From assembly GCF_009914755.1 (NCBI RefSeq), contig NC_060937.1: a stretch of DNA of 64,000 bases. One strand, given 5' to 3'. Source of the stretch: the human T2T-CHM13v2.0 reference genome, Homo sapiens. Below the pieces are notes generated by a model that searched no databases, was not told where the DNA came from, and saw nothing but the letters and a program-made list of their open reading frames with translations. Made by a program: the position numbers and the translations under genes. Below are positions 1 through 15,431 of this stretch, one piece after another; position 1 is the stretch's first letter; each line of letters begins with the position of its first letter.

Positions 1-224
1 ATGCTATAAATCTCTGCTAATTTAAAAATTACTAAAATTTTCTTTTTAGCACTTATTTTCAAAGGACCTCTCAAAGATTATTGAAAGTGAATTACAAAAA
101 AAAATGCAGGACAGAATAATAGACATGAAATATGGCTATTGGCATCATTCATTTTGTGTATACGTGTGTGTGTATTTTTAAATAATGCTTTTCTTCTTTG
201 TATTTTTTTCCTAAAATAGCATTA

Positions 225-401
225 TTTTTTTTTAACTTTTATTTTAGGTTCAAGGAGTACATGTGCAGATTTTTTATAGAGATAAATTACATGTCATGGG
301 TGTTTGGTGTACAGATTACTTTGTCACCCAGGTGATAAGCATAGTACCCAATAGGTAGTTTTTGGATCCTTACCTTCCTCCTTCCCTCTACCCTCAAGCA
401 G
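225..401 (-). mobile_element. L1 3' end fragment (older L1PA type, about L1PA13-16)
   Basis: Poly-T followed by aacttttattttaggttca..acatgtgcag..tgtacagattactttgtcacccagg, the reverse complement of an L1PA 3' UTR. Confidence 0.8.
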
Positions 402-1259
402 TATCCTTTTCTTTCTTAGAAAATCATTTCTATTAAAAAGGCTGGTGTCTTCAAATATAGTCTACATTTTTATGCTGTTTGCATTGACACAGTACATTTA
501 AATACTGTGTTTATGTAAATTGGCTTTTTAACAGTTTTCCTTAATATATAAATTATAAAACTTCATCAGAAATTATTTTAACAATTGTGGTTATCTGATT
601 TTCATCTATCAATTAATTTATTTAAGTAATATATGTTATATCTAGATAGGTAGCATCAGCATTATTCTATTAAAAAAATATACACTGGAATACTTGCTTT
701 TCATTAAAATCTACAGATTTTTAAGTAGAACAGCTCCCCCAAGAAAATGGAAGAGCTCTAAACTCTGCCATGGACCCATTTAGGATCCCAGAAATAGCTC
801 TGTCTAGCCAATCTGTACTCTTTGTATATATACATATAAAAAAAGTACTGAGCCCTATCAGGTGTCCTAGGTTAGCATACATATGAACTATTAGTAATAA
901 ATTTTCAAGTTTAGAATTGTACAGCTTTTATTTTACAATATTGGTACTGTTTTAGCAGATTATTGTCATGTCAAAAGACTTTAATATGGCTCCGAACTCT
1001 TGTTTAATCTCATCATTAGTATTATTCACCATAGACTTAAACACAAGCAGGTTCATTGATTGCTTGAGCTACCTAGCTGTAGATGTTTTCTTCTCGTTTA
1101 ATGTAGACATTCACAATATCATTCTCTCTCATATATACCTCTACGCCTTTGCATAATCCTCGTCTTCTAAAGATAATGTTCTGCAGTTTTCCTTTACTTG
1201 ACTTATATTTGTTCATCTTCTGAAATTTGGGTCATTTTATTCCATTTTTATCACATGCA

Positions 1260-1470
1260 TATCCATTCCATCAACAAACATTTATTGGGCAGATGGCATA
1301 TGCCAACACACAGAGATTAAAACAAACAAACAAACAACCCAGCCCTGACATTTATGAGTTTACAGACTGGTGGAGAGGCAGAGAAGTAAACAGCAATGTA
1401 TATCAGGTGTAATAGAGGTCTGTATGAGAACTGTGGTGAGGCAACACAGGGGAAGCCCTAACCTAGCTGT
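1260..1470 (-). mobile_element. L2 fragment
   Basis: ccattccatcaacaaacatttattgggc resembles an antisense L2 3' end; degenerate. Confidence 0.55.
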
Positions 1471-1517
1471 AACCTCATCCCAGTAAATGCAAAGTGGAAG
1501 CAACATTCTGCTGCCAT

Positions 1518-1565
1518 TACCCACACCTATATTACATACCCACACCTATATTACATACCCACACC
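1518..1565. repeat. Tandem repeat, about 2.5 x 19 bp (tacccacacctatattaca)
   Basis: Two perfect copies plus a 10-bp partial copy. Confidence 0.92.
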
Positions 1566-2428
1566 AGTTTATACATTTAAAGCAATATGCAGTTTAGTTG
1601 TAAAATGCAAAGCTTCATATAATAAACAGATAAAATAGTCATCAATAAAGTGTTTTCTAAATATATTAATTAATTTGGTTTGGTGCTTGCAATTACAGAT
1701 TTTGGTTCTTACTCAGATTGTAGTTCTTTTTTTTTCTATTTCACAGTTATGTTTTCCAAATGCTGTAAGAGCAGATATCATTTAATGTAATTTCCTGATG
1801 ATGAACAAGATAATATCTGCATATCTATGCTACTGTGATAGTACATGTGGTGTGTGCAACCATGGCATACTGGATGAAACTCATATCACTAAATACCAGT
1901 GAAATAGCTGTTTTGTGTGAATTTTAATGGAAATTTAGAAAATTACTGATAATTGGATCATAACGCATTTTTATAAAAAATAATTTTGTTCAACAAAAGT
2001 TTTCTTAGGATCCTGTTTCTTTAATAGCTATTCTCTTAATTTCATCTGATCATGTTTTTTCAGTTTCAGTTTATGAGGGGGGGCCGCAGCTTGCTCCCCT
2101 AAACTTTCCCCATTCCCACTGTGCCTCAATATCATACCTGAAATATTTAAGTCATTCTACCAAAACATAAGCAGACATATTCACCCTAAGATCGAGCAGT
2201 TCTTCGCTAAAGTGAAACAACATAAGACAAAAAAATATTTCATGAACTTAAGGAGTGAAAAAATGTATGATTGACATCTGCCTCTGTAGTTTCTCATCCT
2301 AGCTTCAGAGTACTTCTGTCCACTCGCAAATTCTCTGCATTCATTCTTGATATAAGTTTAACATAGTATTCTGTGTACTCATAATATAATTTCTAGATAT
2401 ATATTCATTATAATAGAATACCATCACA

Positions 2429-3050
<622 letters not shown>

Positions 3051-3187
3051 TTATAAATAGTAATTCTAGTTACGTCTTAAAACAATTATTGAGTGAATTC
3101 CCTTGAAATGCATTGTTATCAGAGTTAAAGATATGGTTCAATAAATAAAAAGTTATTTTCTTCTGAAATTCAGTAGATGCTTTGTAA

Positions 3188-3412
<225 letters not shown>

Positions 3413-4284
3413 TAATAGTATTTCTGTCAGAGTATATATAGCCAGTTAATGTTTGTAAGAAGGTGAAACTGATTATCTTGACTTACATAGTCAGTTTCTA
3501 AATCTTACCAATTCTTAGCACAGGAATTAAGCTACAAGAAGATAAACTAGTACTAGCATAGGCAAAATGAAATGGGTATTTGAGAAACAGCAGATGTAGA
3601 GAGAGTTTTCTCATATATCCTAGGCTTTAAAGTCAAGGTTAAAAACCTAAAATTAGTAGAAAATATGATGGCAAATCATTTATGTGATATGTTCCTTAGA
3701 TGGTAAGACATTTATATTGACCATAAAATACACACATTGTAGGGAAATATAATACTGAAAAGAAAGTCAGTTAATTTTACCAAGTGTCTGTCTATATATG
3801 AGAGAGAAGATATGGCCCAAAAGATGGCAAGAAAATGGTGCATAACGGTAATGAGAAATAAAAGGCAAAATTTTTATTAGCTCACCTCATTTGTCCAGAG
3901 GAAACTACAGTGTGATACTAAACTGTTTGAAATTCAGTGAAGAACTGGGAACTAAGCCCAAAAAGCTGCTCTATAGTCTAAGCTTACGCCAGAGGCCTGC
4001 CTTAAAGTTTATGTATGTTAGCCATAGTAAAGCCTCAGCCCATTGACTTGGAATGTATCTCTGTTTTCTATCAGACTTGATTGTCTGATTTAGCAATCCA
4101 CAGAAAGTTGAAAGGTATTTGTGTATACATTTGGTTTTAGGGGGCAGGTTTAAGGGGCTAATTGACAAGAGCAGCATAAGCCCTGTGATTTAGGGAAACA
4201 ACATTACAGCTGATTTAAAATTAATCCCACAGATGGTTTTTAACTCAGCATGCCTGCTTCTGCCCCTTTTCTGGCCTTTGAAAC

Positions 4285-4490
4285 CTAGACGTACCTAAGT
4301 TGAAGTTCTATATTGCACTAGTTACTAGCTCTGTGACCTAAAGCTAGTTTCTCTTGTCCCATTTGTAATATGAGAATAATAATACTGTCCCATGTCAAAT
4401 AGTTGTACAGATCTAATGACATGTACATTTAAAAATTATAACATAGTACTTGGCACATAGAAGCACTTCCTGAGTATTAAGTATTATTGT
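4285..4490 (+). mobile_element. MIR
   Basis: ttactagctctgtgacct...tgtaatatgagaataataatact...tggcacatag matches the MIR core and 3' end. Confidence 0.7.
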
Positions 4491-4971
4491 TACACATGGA
4501 ATATTTCTTAGCCTCTTTTGAAGACTGTTTGCTAGTTTTTTCATGTTCTTATGCGTCATTCAGTATCCAATTCTTTTATTTTATATAACTCCCTATTAAA
4601 TTTTAGTTGATAGCTCATGGATAATTTTAGCTGTGGTATTATAGATGTTAAAGGGACCTAAAAGATCAGTTAGCCAACATCTTACTGAGAGTCACACAAC
4701 TGGTAGAAATAAATTGCTAGCAAATGAATTCTAATACGCTTGCAAATATAGTAATTCTTCCAAGGTGAGTCAACCAAAAATTCTTAACTATTTACCATAT
4801 TCAGGTAACTAAATTATTTAAGATAAGGTAGATAGAAGCATTGTAATTCATGCAGCCTGCCCTTCAGGAACAAATCTAGTTATAGATTATCTAAATAATA
4901 AGATCAGTCCCCCAAAAAATTAAAAATAAAGTACAATATTTTAGAGAGACCCACACAAGAGATAATACATG

Positions 4972-5196
4972 CAGGTTGAGTATCCTGTATCTGAAATGCT
5001 TGGGACCAGAGTGTTTTGGATTTTGGATCTTTCTGGATTTTGAAATATCAATATATACATTATATACTTACCAGTTGAGCATCCCTAATCTGAAAACCCA
5101 AAATCCAAAGTGCTGCAGTGTTTCCATTAAGCATCACATCAGTGCTTAAAAACTTGGATTTGGGGCATTTGAGATTTCAGAATTTTGGATTAGGGA
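4972..5196. mobile_element. Tigger4/MER46-type (TcMar-Tigger) non-autonomous DNA transposon
   Basis: Terminal inverted repeat (TIR) caggttgagtatcc, internal aaatgcttgggaccag..gtgttttggatttt, and end ttttggattaggga. Confidence 0.8.
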
Positions 5197-5199
5197 CAA

Positions 5200-5425
5200 G
5201 ATTAGGAACAAGAACTCTGCAGCTAGACTGCCTACATTCAAATCCTAATTCTGCCATTTACCAGCTGTGGAGCTTTAGACAAGAGTATTAGTTTCTCTTT
5301 GTCTTAATTTCCTCACCTATATAATGAGACATCAATAATAATAGGGTTGTTGTGTGGAGTGGTGGATGGGTTAATAAGCATAAAGGACTTAGAATAGTGC
5401 AGGGACATCAGTATTAGCTAATGCT
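5200..5425 (+). mobile_element. MIR
   Basis: agactgcct..ttcaaatcct..tctgccatttaccagctgtg is the MIR core. Confidence 0.75.
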
Positions 5426-6360
5426 ATGTATATGACAATAATAGAGTGGTGAATCATTGATATAGGCCATATGCTTTGAATTGTGTTTCAAATAATGATG
5501 ATGAATATATGCTACTACATACATATTGGATGAGAATATTTGAATGGCATGCCTGACTTGCCAAGGTTGAAGTGTAATTTTGGGGTGTAAAACAAAAACC
5601 AAACTAACTTATTGATGTGAGGATGAAAACTGTCAAACTAGTTCTTTGACAAAATCTTGTCTGCATGTATTTTATTTAACATAAATTGAATAGCCATTAC
5701 TTAGACATTATAAAATATATATACGATAAAAATTCAGAGTATAGATTCTCAGGTAGCATATTACAACCTCGTACGATGACTACTATTATGGCTATTGTAT
5801 TATTTTTAAAACAAGGAAGGAAGTTCTTTTTATTTAAAATCAACTGGGATGTTGTGTTTAAAGGAAACTTATAGACTGAAGCTCCTTTTTTTCTCTCCAT
5901 TTATTTATTCTTTCAGTTGTTCAGTCAACAAATATTTATCACACATGTGCTATATGTCAAACACTCTACAAGTGAAAGAGTGTACAGGAGTGAATAAAGC
6001 AGACATACTCCCAGCCACTTGAAGGGAGTTCAGCCCAGAGCAAAATGAAAACTCAGATAGTTAACAGTAATATGAGAGGCCAGCATTTACAAGATAGGTA
6101 TAGTAGGGACTGTGCCTCACTGGGGAGTACAGGCTCAGACTCACTAAGACATTTGGACTCAAATGTTCTTGAAACACTGGCCCAGCCAAAGAAAATGTGG
6201 CACTCATTATGATTAGTATGGGTTATAGAAGGCATCTGGTAACATATTTGCTGGTAATCATAGATTTTTTTCATTTATCCATGTAGGAAAAAATGAGTTA
6301 AAATAAATGAGGAAGTCACTGTTTCTACAGTAACTGAAGATATAAACATTTCAAGGTTTT

Positions 6361-6680
6361 GTTTGTTTGTTTGTTTGTTTGTTTGCTTGCTTGCTTTTGA
6401 GACGGAGTCTCGCTCTGTCGCCCAGGCTGGAGTGCAGTGGTGCAATCTCGGCTCACTGAAGCCTCCTCCTCCCAGGTTCAAGCGATTCTCCTGCCTCAGC
6501 CTCCCAAGTAGCTGGGATTACAAGCTCCCACCACCAAACCTGGCTAATTTTTTTGTATTTTTAGTAGAGACAGGGTTTCACTATGTTGGCCAGGCTCGTC
6601 TTGAACTCCTGACCTTGTGATCTACCCACCTCAGCCTCCCAAAGTGCTGGGATTACAGGCGTGAGCCACCACGCCCAGCC
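6361..6680 (-). mobile_element. Full-length AluS with (GTTT)n/(GCTT)n tail
   Basis: Complete antisense Alu with TSD catttca(a/g)ggtttt. Confidence 0.95.
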
Positions 6681-9057
6681 CATTTCAGGGTTTTTATGCT
6701 AATCTGTGTAATGTGTATTTCCTTTGGCAGAGCTTTTCCTTTTGTGCCTCACATGTGCTCCTCTAATTTTATATAGTGTTAAGTAAATAATACAGGTAAA
6801 CAGACGGAGCCTAAATAAATTAGGCAATGTGACTACAAACTGTAGTTTTGCAAGCATGTAGTTCTTCATGCTGTGAACAGTTGAATCCATGAGCTCTTAA
6901 AAGATAGGTAGCTTTTCTTCCAATTTTACTATATTCTATGCTTTAGCAATTTGTTCTTTCTATTCTGTCACCCTAGCATGATAGGAAAATGTTAGCAAAT
7001 TAAAGCCTCTTGATATGTTAATAAATTACTCGTGCATTGTTCCCATGCTTCATTGAATTTCTTAATAGGAGCTTCTTACAAATGAGCTAGAAACCTGAGA
7101 CTATCCTGTATAAAATCCATCAATAAACAAGATTTTAATGTATGAAAATATATCTTTTTATATGCCTAATGGGAAAATGACATTTGAAGTATAATAATAT
7201 AATTGGAAGGAAAAACTACTATAGTGCAATATTATCACAATGAAGAGATGTCCACTAAGAAGCACATGAAGTTCTTGTAGTTATAATCAATACCGCAAAT
7301 GAAAATTTTAATGGAGAGTTTCTTACTCTTCAGAAGCTCAAGGAAAAATTGAAATACTTGAATGATATGACCAAGAACATTCTAAAAGATCTCTAACAAC
7401 AAAAGTAGTTGTTTCTAAACAAACACTGGGAGTCCTGATCCCAGTAATAATTCTTAGCAGTGAATAATTCTAGAATTTGTTTCAATAAACATGTGGTACC
7501 CCAAATACTTTTTATATTCCTTACTATATGAAAGAATTAAGAAACTATGAAATGTACAATGCCAAAAAAATAAATATTTATTTTCTTTCTTTATACCACC
7601 ACATTACACAGCCTTCATGAAATTCTGTGTTGTATCAGTTGGGAAACTTTTGAATGAAAGTTTCAGAAAACACAGCTGAAAGTGGCTTGAACAATAGTGG
7701 GAATTGGGAGAAAAAGTCAAGAGGTTGTAACTGGAACATGAAAAGAATGTAGGCTTCGCTCAAATATTTGTTTCTGTGTCACATATTGTGCAAATTTAAG
7801 ATGTTTTCTAAATTCTCTGAACTTGTTTTCTCATCTTTAAAATGAACACAATCATACTTACATAATAGGGTTGTTGAAAGATTTTAACACCGTAAAGTAG
7901 TTAAGGCACCTAGTATAATGCCTGACACAGAAGTGGCATTCAGTGAGTGGCAGTGACAAAGCAAATTTCCATAATTGTCATTTGAGAGTTCACTATCTTT
8001 GGTATGATTGACAAAAACCTACTGAAGGTTATTTGATTCCTCTGATTTATTTTTTATTCTAGTAAGATTAAAAATTAATGCCATTTAATAAAATATTTTT
8101 AATTCAATAAATAATTCTGTTTTATCATCTATTTGAGTTATCAAATTATCAAAACTGTAACATCAAAACACTAAGGTTATATTAAATGTTTATTAGAACT
8201 TTAGGTGCACATTTATTTAGACTGAAATATTTTATATTTATAATATTCTTACTTGTTCTTTGGCCCACTTAATTGAACATTCGAAGAGCACAGGAGCAAA
8301 AAAAAAGTTCTTTATCAGTAAGATTTTTTAGACCTCTCATTTGATTAGACATCACAGGTTCAAGTTTTATTTATTATGTGTACAGGTTAGGGGCTATGTT
8401 TATTGTTTGACATGAGGGTCAACAGATGAAACAATCTGCCTTTGACCTATCTTTTCAACACCAACCAACAGTAGGTTTAGAGATTAACTCCCCACCCCAT
8501 TTATATAGGTATTCCTTATGGAGATGTAACCTTATGGTGAAATCTATCTTACAACATGATATATGCTAGGGCTTCAGTTATTTACATATACTCATATGAA
8601 CTCGACTCTTAAATTACAGTGGTTACATGACTTTGATGTGAAGCACAGTCTCTGCTCATTAAAGTGTAAATAGAATTTTCCTATTTCCCAGTCATGCCCT
8701 CTGATAAGTGAAATAGTTTCATCACAAAACCAAGTCCTACTAATATTGACATGAACATAAGACATCACATACACACACCCATTCATCGAGTGGAAAAAAT
8801 ATATTTTGTTAACACAGGAGTTGTTTGACTGACAGATGATGATAAGCATAACCATTTTCCCAAATTATTATGCCACTTAATAAAAGGAAGTGATAATGCC
8901 TTGAGGCTTTGAAATGTGATAATGCAAATGGATGCACTGAAGTGTGAATACTCTTCAACCATCCACCCTCAATACTTCCAAATGTCTATCTACCACACAG
9001 AAAAGAGTTTATATTGGTAAGGTGGGGAATGCATGACTCAGCAATCTAGAGCAAGTT

Positions 9058-9162
9058 GGGTTTGTTGTTGTTGTTGTTGTTGTTGTTGTTTTTGAGATGG
9101 AGTCTCCCTCTGTCACCCAGGCTGGAGTGCAGTGGCATGATCTTGGCTCACTACAATCTCAA
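9058..9162 (-). mobile_element. Severely 5'-truncated Alu (3' ~70 bp plus (GTT)n tail)
   Basis: gagatggagtctc..ctcactacaatctc flanked by a perfect 12-bp TSD ctagagcaagtt (9046-9057 and 9163-9174). Confidence 0.92.
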
Positions 9163-10452
9163 CTAGAGCAAGTTTCTGTGGTTATTTTATCTTTCTTTTT
9201 CACTGTAAGTTAACAACATCTAAAATGAAATTAATTCCATTTACTTGATCATAATCTACCTAATGCTTAATTTTAAACAACAAAATATGAAGTATGGGCA
9301 AAACTACTAGGTGTGTTAGTGGTAGGATGATACAAAACTAAAAGATAAAAGTGTAAATGTGTAAATATAATTATATACCATCTGCCAAATAACCCTGCTG
9401 CCAAATTTGAAATAACTTGTTTCAATGTATGTTGAATGCTGCCTTAACATATAATCCACACTATGTTGAAAATTGTTTTCATTAGACTTGCTAATATGGC
9501 AGTGCTGAGGGACAAGGTATTGACTGGCAGTGTTTGGATACTGTTTTAAACTCATGAGATATTCATTTATTTAAATTAATACTTTTATTCATTCACTCAT
9601 TCTTTCATTACACAAGCATTTATTGCCAACCTACTCTGTGCCAGACACTGGAGATACAAAGGCAATAAGACTTAGTTCATACCTTTAAGAAGTTACAGTC
9701 ATTGTTTACCCAGTGACATATTAAGCTGTTCTCCTTCTAATTGAAAAAATGGAAGAACCAAGAAAAGTGCAACTAAAAAGGTAGACTTCACAGACACTGG
9801 TAACCAGAAACAGTGAAGTGTTTTTGTGTTTGTTTGTTTATATCTCCAGTGTTGCTTGTTGGAGACATAATAGGGTGACAGGGAGCTTTATAGATTTATA
9901 CAGAACTTCCAAAGCAGTCCTAGGCTCTGTTTGCTTATACTAAATGTCTCTTTATCCTCTTTTCTTGTTCCTTCCCACGTAGCCAGCTGAATCACCCTTT
10001 CAGAAAAAGAGAGGGAAAAAAATCCTATAGAGCCTGTTTTGCTTTGAAAATTTTAGGCTGTTAAAGAAGAAACTGAAAACAGCAGGAACACTGTTTAGTG
10101 TATGCTCTTAGAAGAATCCTACCTATGGAAAGGAAAAGAGAGCCTGCTTTATGCACTTTAATTTCACCAGCCACATGTCACCTCTGTGTCTAAACCACAG
10201 CATTATCATGCAAAACTAGGCCAAATTCAGTCTCCTTTAACCTTTCTTTCCAGCTGAAACAGAATATTAAGCAGTTAGAAGTGATCTTGAAACTAATTTG
10301 TAGCCCCATCATTATCCTTCTACTTAATACCTGGAAAACTTCTAGAACTAACACATGAAGATTTAAGATGCTCTACTGTTTGTAGGTGAAAGTATTTACT
10401 TTTCACTAAGATATATAAAACTAACTTTCTTAGGAACTATCTTGGGATAATG

Positions 10453-10560
10453 ATAATAATAATAGCCAATATTTTGCATGTGTTTATTATATGCCAGGCA
10501 TTGTGCTAAGCATCTTACATGGATTTTCTTGCTTTACCCTCACAACGCTATGATGAGTTG
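10453..10560 (-). mobile_element. MIR 3' fragment
   Basis: tatatgccaggcattgtgctaagcatcttacatggatt matches antisense MIR. Confidence 0.7.
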
Positions 10561-10947
10561 CACTGGTTATATAGATTGCATTTTCTTCCATTCGTTACCT
10601 ATTATTTCTCCATAATACATAGATAGGATATTCTTTAAAAAAAAAAAAAAAAGCTAGTGATTAATTTCTCTTCTAGATGCCCTCTACCTTTTCTAAGTGC
10701 CCTGGCAGTTTTTATACACTATCAAAAAAAAAGAAAAACAAAAGAAAAAAAACAAGGAAAGAAAAAGAAAAAAGAAAAACTCTCCCTATTATCCAGTAAG
10801 AATGAGTTCTTTTAAAATATCCTGCACAATGCTCAGTCATGTCAGATATGAGGAGAGGAGTCAAAAGAAATGCGGTCAGTGAGCCATTCCACACCTCCAA
10901 AGTTTTCAGTCCTATGTGGGACTAGCATTCCTGTGAAAGTGCCTAAA

Positions 10948-11380
<433 letters not shown>

Positions 11381-11799
11381 AAGTGCTAATAGATTTTGCT
11401 AATCAAATTGCAACTTTAGATCAAAGATGATCTTTCTTCATAATATACTCAATTCCACCCTATGAAAAACTATAAAAAGAAACACATTTAATTAATAGAA
11501 AAATGTAATCTTAACACTTCTCTTTATTATCGTTTCATGACTTCAGGTTCTGTTCCTTAATAATGTATTTGAAAATTGTGTACTGATTTGCTGAAGTTCA
11601 TCTGATGACAAAAGGCCATATTAAGCCAATTAACAGTATAAAATTGCAAAGGGAATGTTTAATCCACACTTACAAGAACGTAATTTTAACATATTTTAGA
11701 GAAACAAATTTTCAAGTCATTTAAAGCATTCTTATTTAGAACAACCCAAAACATAGGAAAGACTTGGATTGATTGGAAAGGTTTTGTTTGTTTTTGTAC

Positions 11800-12440
11800 T
11801 CTATTTTAATTGATTTTGACTTTACTATGAAAATTTTTAAGCAAAGAAAAAGTACCAATTCCTAATAACAATACCCATTAACCAATACCTACATGTTATA
11901 ATTATTGACAGTTTAGCTTTTATTGGTTTACTGAAGTATTTTTAAATAAATTAAATATATCATACTTTACCCCTAAATATTTCAGTGTGAAAAATAGTAT
12001 TTTCCCATATAATCAGATCACCATGATTATATCTAACAAAACTTATGACAGTTCCCTAATATTATCTAACACTGTGCCTATAATCAAGGTTTTCTAATTA
12101 TCTCCCATGTGTCTTAAAAATTGTTTTGCTTAAGCCAGGATTCAGTCAGCGACCACACAGTACATCTGATTCTTCTGTCTTATCTGTCTAAAGGTTAGAA
12201 TAGCTCCCAGCCACCCTAACACCCCCACCTTTTTTTTCATGATATTGACTCATTTAAGAGAGCATGCCAGTTATCTTATAGAACATAACAATAACAGCCA
12301 ATATTTTGCATGTATTTATTATATGCCAATGCTAGGCTTCTGAATTTGTCTTTTTGTTCCTCGTGTTGTCATTTAACTCGCTGTAACTAGTAAGGTTTTG
12401 ATGTACGCTGATTCAAATATCAATGAAGATTGATAATAGA
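11800..12440 (-). mobile_element. Old L1M (L1ME-like) 3' fragment
   Basis: tttacccctaaatatttcagtgtg..aagccaggattcagtc..ttttcatgatattgac resembles an antisense L1ME 3' end. Confidence 0.6.
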
Positions 12441-12442
12441 AG

Positions 12443-12759
12443 TTTTTTGTTTTGTTTTGGTTTGGTTTTTTTTTTTTGAGACGTTGTCTCACTTTGTCAC
12501 CCAGGCTGGAGTGTGGTGGTGCAATCTTGGCTCACTACAACTTCCGCCTCCGAGATTCAGGCAATTCTCCTGCCTCAGCCTCCCAAGTAGCTGAGATTAC
12601 ATGTGCCCACCTCCATGCTTGGATAATTTTTGTATTTTTAGTAGAGATGGGGTTTCATCATGTTGGCCAGACTGATCTTGACCTCCTGGCCTCAAAGAGA
12701 TCTACCCACCTTGGTCTCCCAAAGTGCTGGGATTACAGGCATGAGCCACTGCCCTGGCC
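12443..12759 (-). mobile_element. Alu (old AluS/AluJ)
   Basis: Complete antisense Alu; flanks ataata(a)gaa. Confidence 0.93.
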
Positions 12760-13254
12760 AATAATAGAAATTTATATTTGGAAATATTTGGTCAATAACA
12801 CTAGCCAAAATATAAAGTTACTATAGTTAATTTAAATTTATCAAAGTTAAAATGTTCACATGTGAAATATATTTCTGGGTCATATAATTCTAAAAGCCGA
12901 CTAAAATTATCTCTATGAGATAAACCAAATTCATGATTAAACAGCAAAAAAAGAGTATACAGGGAAGACTAAAGTCTCCACATTCTCACTGCCCAGAGAC
13001 AACTGTTGATATACTGTCATATATATTCTTCAAAAAATAAATTATACAAAGTAGAATTACTTGATCAAAACTATATGATTTTTTAAATGTTACCAATTTT
13101 CCCCACAAGAAATTTATACTGATTTATTTGCCAATAGCATTATGAGATATCATGTTTTCCAATACTGAGTATTATAAAACTTAATAATTTTTGACAATCT
13201 AGTTAATAAAAATAGTTTTTGTTTGACATTTTAACAATTGTGAGTGTACTTACG

Positions 13255-13710
13255 ACTTTTGATTACATATAGTAGAAAGTCAACTTATACTGGCTTTAAT
13301 TTAAAATAAAAATTTGATTAGCCCATATAACTGAGAAATCCAGGGATGGGTCAGTTCAGGAAAACTGGATCCAAGTGCCCACCAGAATTATCAGGATCCA
13401 CACCTCTGTTACTTTTCTACATTGGCTTCATTCTCAAACAGGCTTCCCTGTGTTACAGTAATGATGTCTTTGTAACCCCGCTAGAAAAAGAGAGCTTTTC
13501 CCAGATAGTTGCAGCAAAGTTTCATCCGATCAAGTTGAATTACCTGTCCATTTCTGCTGCAGTCATAGTGCCAATGTGGATAAAATATTATGATTGACAG
13601 GTCTAGATCCCATGCCCACCCAGGGAGTCAGGTAGCGAGGTCAGCTCACCTGCACCAGGTAGACCAAGAGTGGGGAAGGAATGGTTCACAAAGGTTGAAG
13701 GCATAATGAA
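13255..13710 (-). mobile_element. MLT1-type LTR within degenerate L1M sequence
   Basis: tagcccatataactgagaaatcc..ttggcttcattctca..tgattgacaggtctagatcccatgcccacc resembles MLT1. Confidence 0.55.
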
Positions 13711-14716
13711 TGCTAAACAGAAAAAAAGAATATATATCCATTACATTGTAGGAACTGGTACTATTTTTTCTTATATATATTGGAAATTGGCATTTATTAT
13801 TCTGTGAATTGCCTATTCATCATATCATTTCCTCATTTATTTAATTAGATTGTTCATTAGCTTCTTATTGATTTGTAAGAGCACATTTTTAAGGAAACTA
13901 GCTCTTATGTGCTATGAATATTTTTCACTTTGTTATGTCTTTCGATTTTTGCATAAAATTTTTTTCTAAAATTTCCACATGGAAATTTTATATAATATTA
14001 TATAATTGGGTCAATCAGTCTTCATTCATTTAGCATTTATTGCTCGCTTAAAAAGGTTCAGGTACTGTAGGTGTGAGAATAAAGAGATGAATAAAAGACA
14101 GGGAGTTTCTTCGAAGGGCTACACTACTGGGTTAAAAAGATGAGAAAGTTGCCTATTACCAGATGGTGTCATGTAAGGCTTTACAGATGCAATTTGAAAA
14201 ACCTCCAAAATAATGAGTTGAAGTTCCTTAGATAAAAAGGGAGCCCGGGAATTTACTTGAGCACAGAAGTGTCTGTAGGTATGATTTCTATGTTGTCATA
14301 ACAGAATTTTCAGAATGATGACAGGTAGTTCATGACTAAAAAACAAAAAAGGTAAGAACTCTCAAAGCCTCTTCTAAGGATTTTCAAGCCCTTGATTACA
14401 AAAGATAACACGATAACTTAGATATGTTAGCAGTTCAATGTCTTAAAAGTATTGAGATAACTAAAAGCTATCGTTAGAAGCCAGACAAATGAGTCAAATA
14501 TACCCAGCTTCAAGCTGTATCTAGCACAGAGCTGCAGCTGGTTCTGTAAAACGTCTAGCCACTGACTAGCAACATGATCTTCATTTGACTTTTCTTCAGT
14601 GTACTCATTTGTAAGAGATTTGGTCAAGTTTACCTGAATGTTTCCTTCCATTTCTGTGGATCTGTGAGGAATGAGGAATTAAGTAGGAAATTATGAAAGA
14701 AAAAAGTCACATCAAG

Positions 14717-14845
14717 GGCCGGGCATACTGGCTTATACCTGTAATACCAGCACTTTGGGGAGGCCAAGGCAGAAGGATCACTTGAGGACAGGAGTTCGAG
14801 ACCAGCCTGGGTAGCATAGTGAGATTCCATATCTATTGAAAAATA
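14717..14845 (+). mobile_element. FLAM / free left Alu monomer
   Basis: Single arm with TSD aaagtcacat(c/t)aag. Confidence 0.88.
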
Positions 14846-15088
14846 AAGTCACATTAAGATCAGAATTTCATATTTAGCAATGAAAAAGCAGTGCAGTAGT
14901 GTGGAATGTGGAGACCCAGGTACCTGTTTCCTCCTCATGAAATTAGGTTCGTATTGAATGCCTTGCTGACCTCAGATACTTATGAAAATCAGTCTAGAAA
15001 ATGGATGTGAAGACAATATGTTATACAAATATATAGTATCATCAGCAGTTGTAATAGCAGTAGTGAACTCTTGAACATTTTATGTGTG

Positions 15089-15431
15089 CAGGTTTGAGTA
15101 TTCCTTATCCATAATGCTTGGGACCAGAAGTGTTTCAGACTTCAGATTGTTTCAGATTTCAGAATATTTGCATATACACAATGAGATAGCTTGGGAACAG
15201 ATCCAAGCCTAAACAAAAAATTATTTCATTTCATATACACCATATTCCATATAGCCTACAGGTCATCTTAAACTTTTTTTTTTTTTTAACAATTTTGTAC
15301 ATGAAATGAAGTTTGTGTTAAGTACGTATGTGTGGAATTTTCCACTTATGGTGTCATGTTGGCATGCAAAAGGTTTTGGAATTTGGAGCATTCCAGATGT
15401 CAAACTTTTGGATTAGGGATGCTCAACCTAT
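15089..15431. mobile_element. Tigger4/MER46-type DNA transposon, complete with both TIRs
   Basis: Left end caggtttgagtattccttatcc and right end ggattagggatgctcaacct are inverted repeats. Confidence 0.85.

Noticed and set aside
10637-10780. A16 run and A-rich tract as a possible processed-pseudogene tail
   Set aside because: There is no recognisable upstream transcript body or TSD; treated as low complexity.
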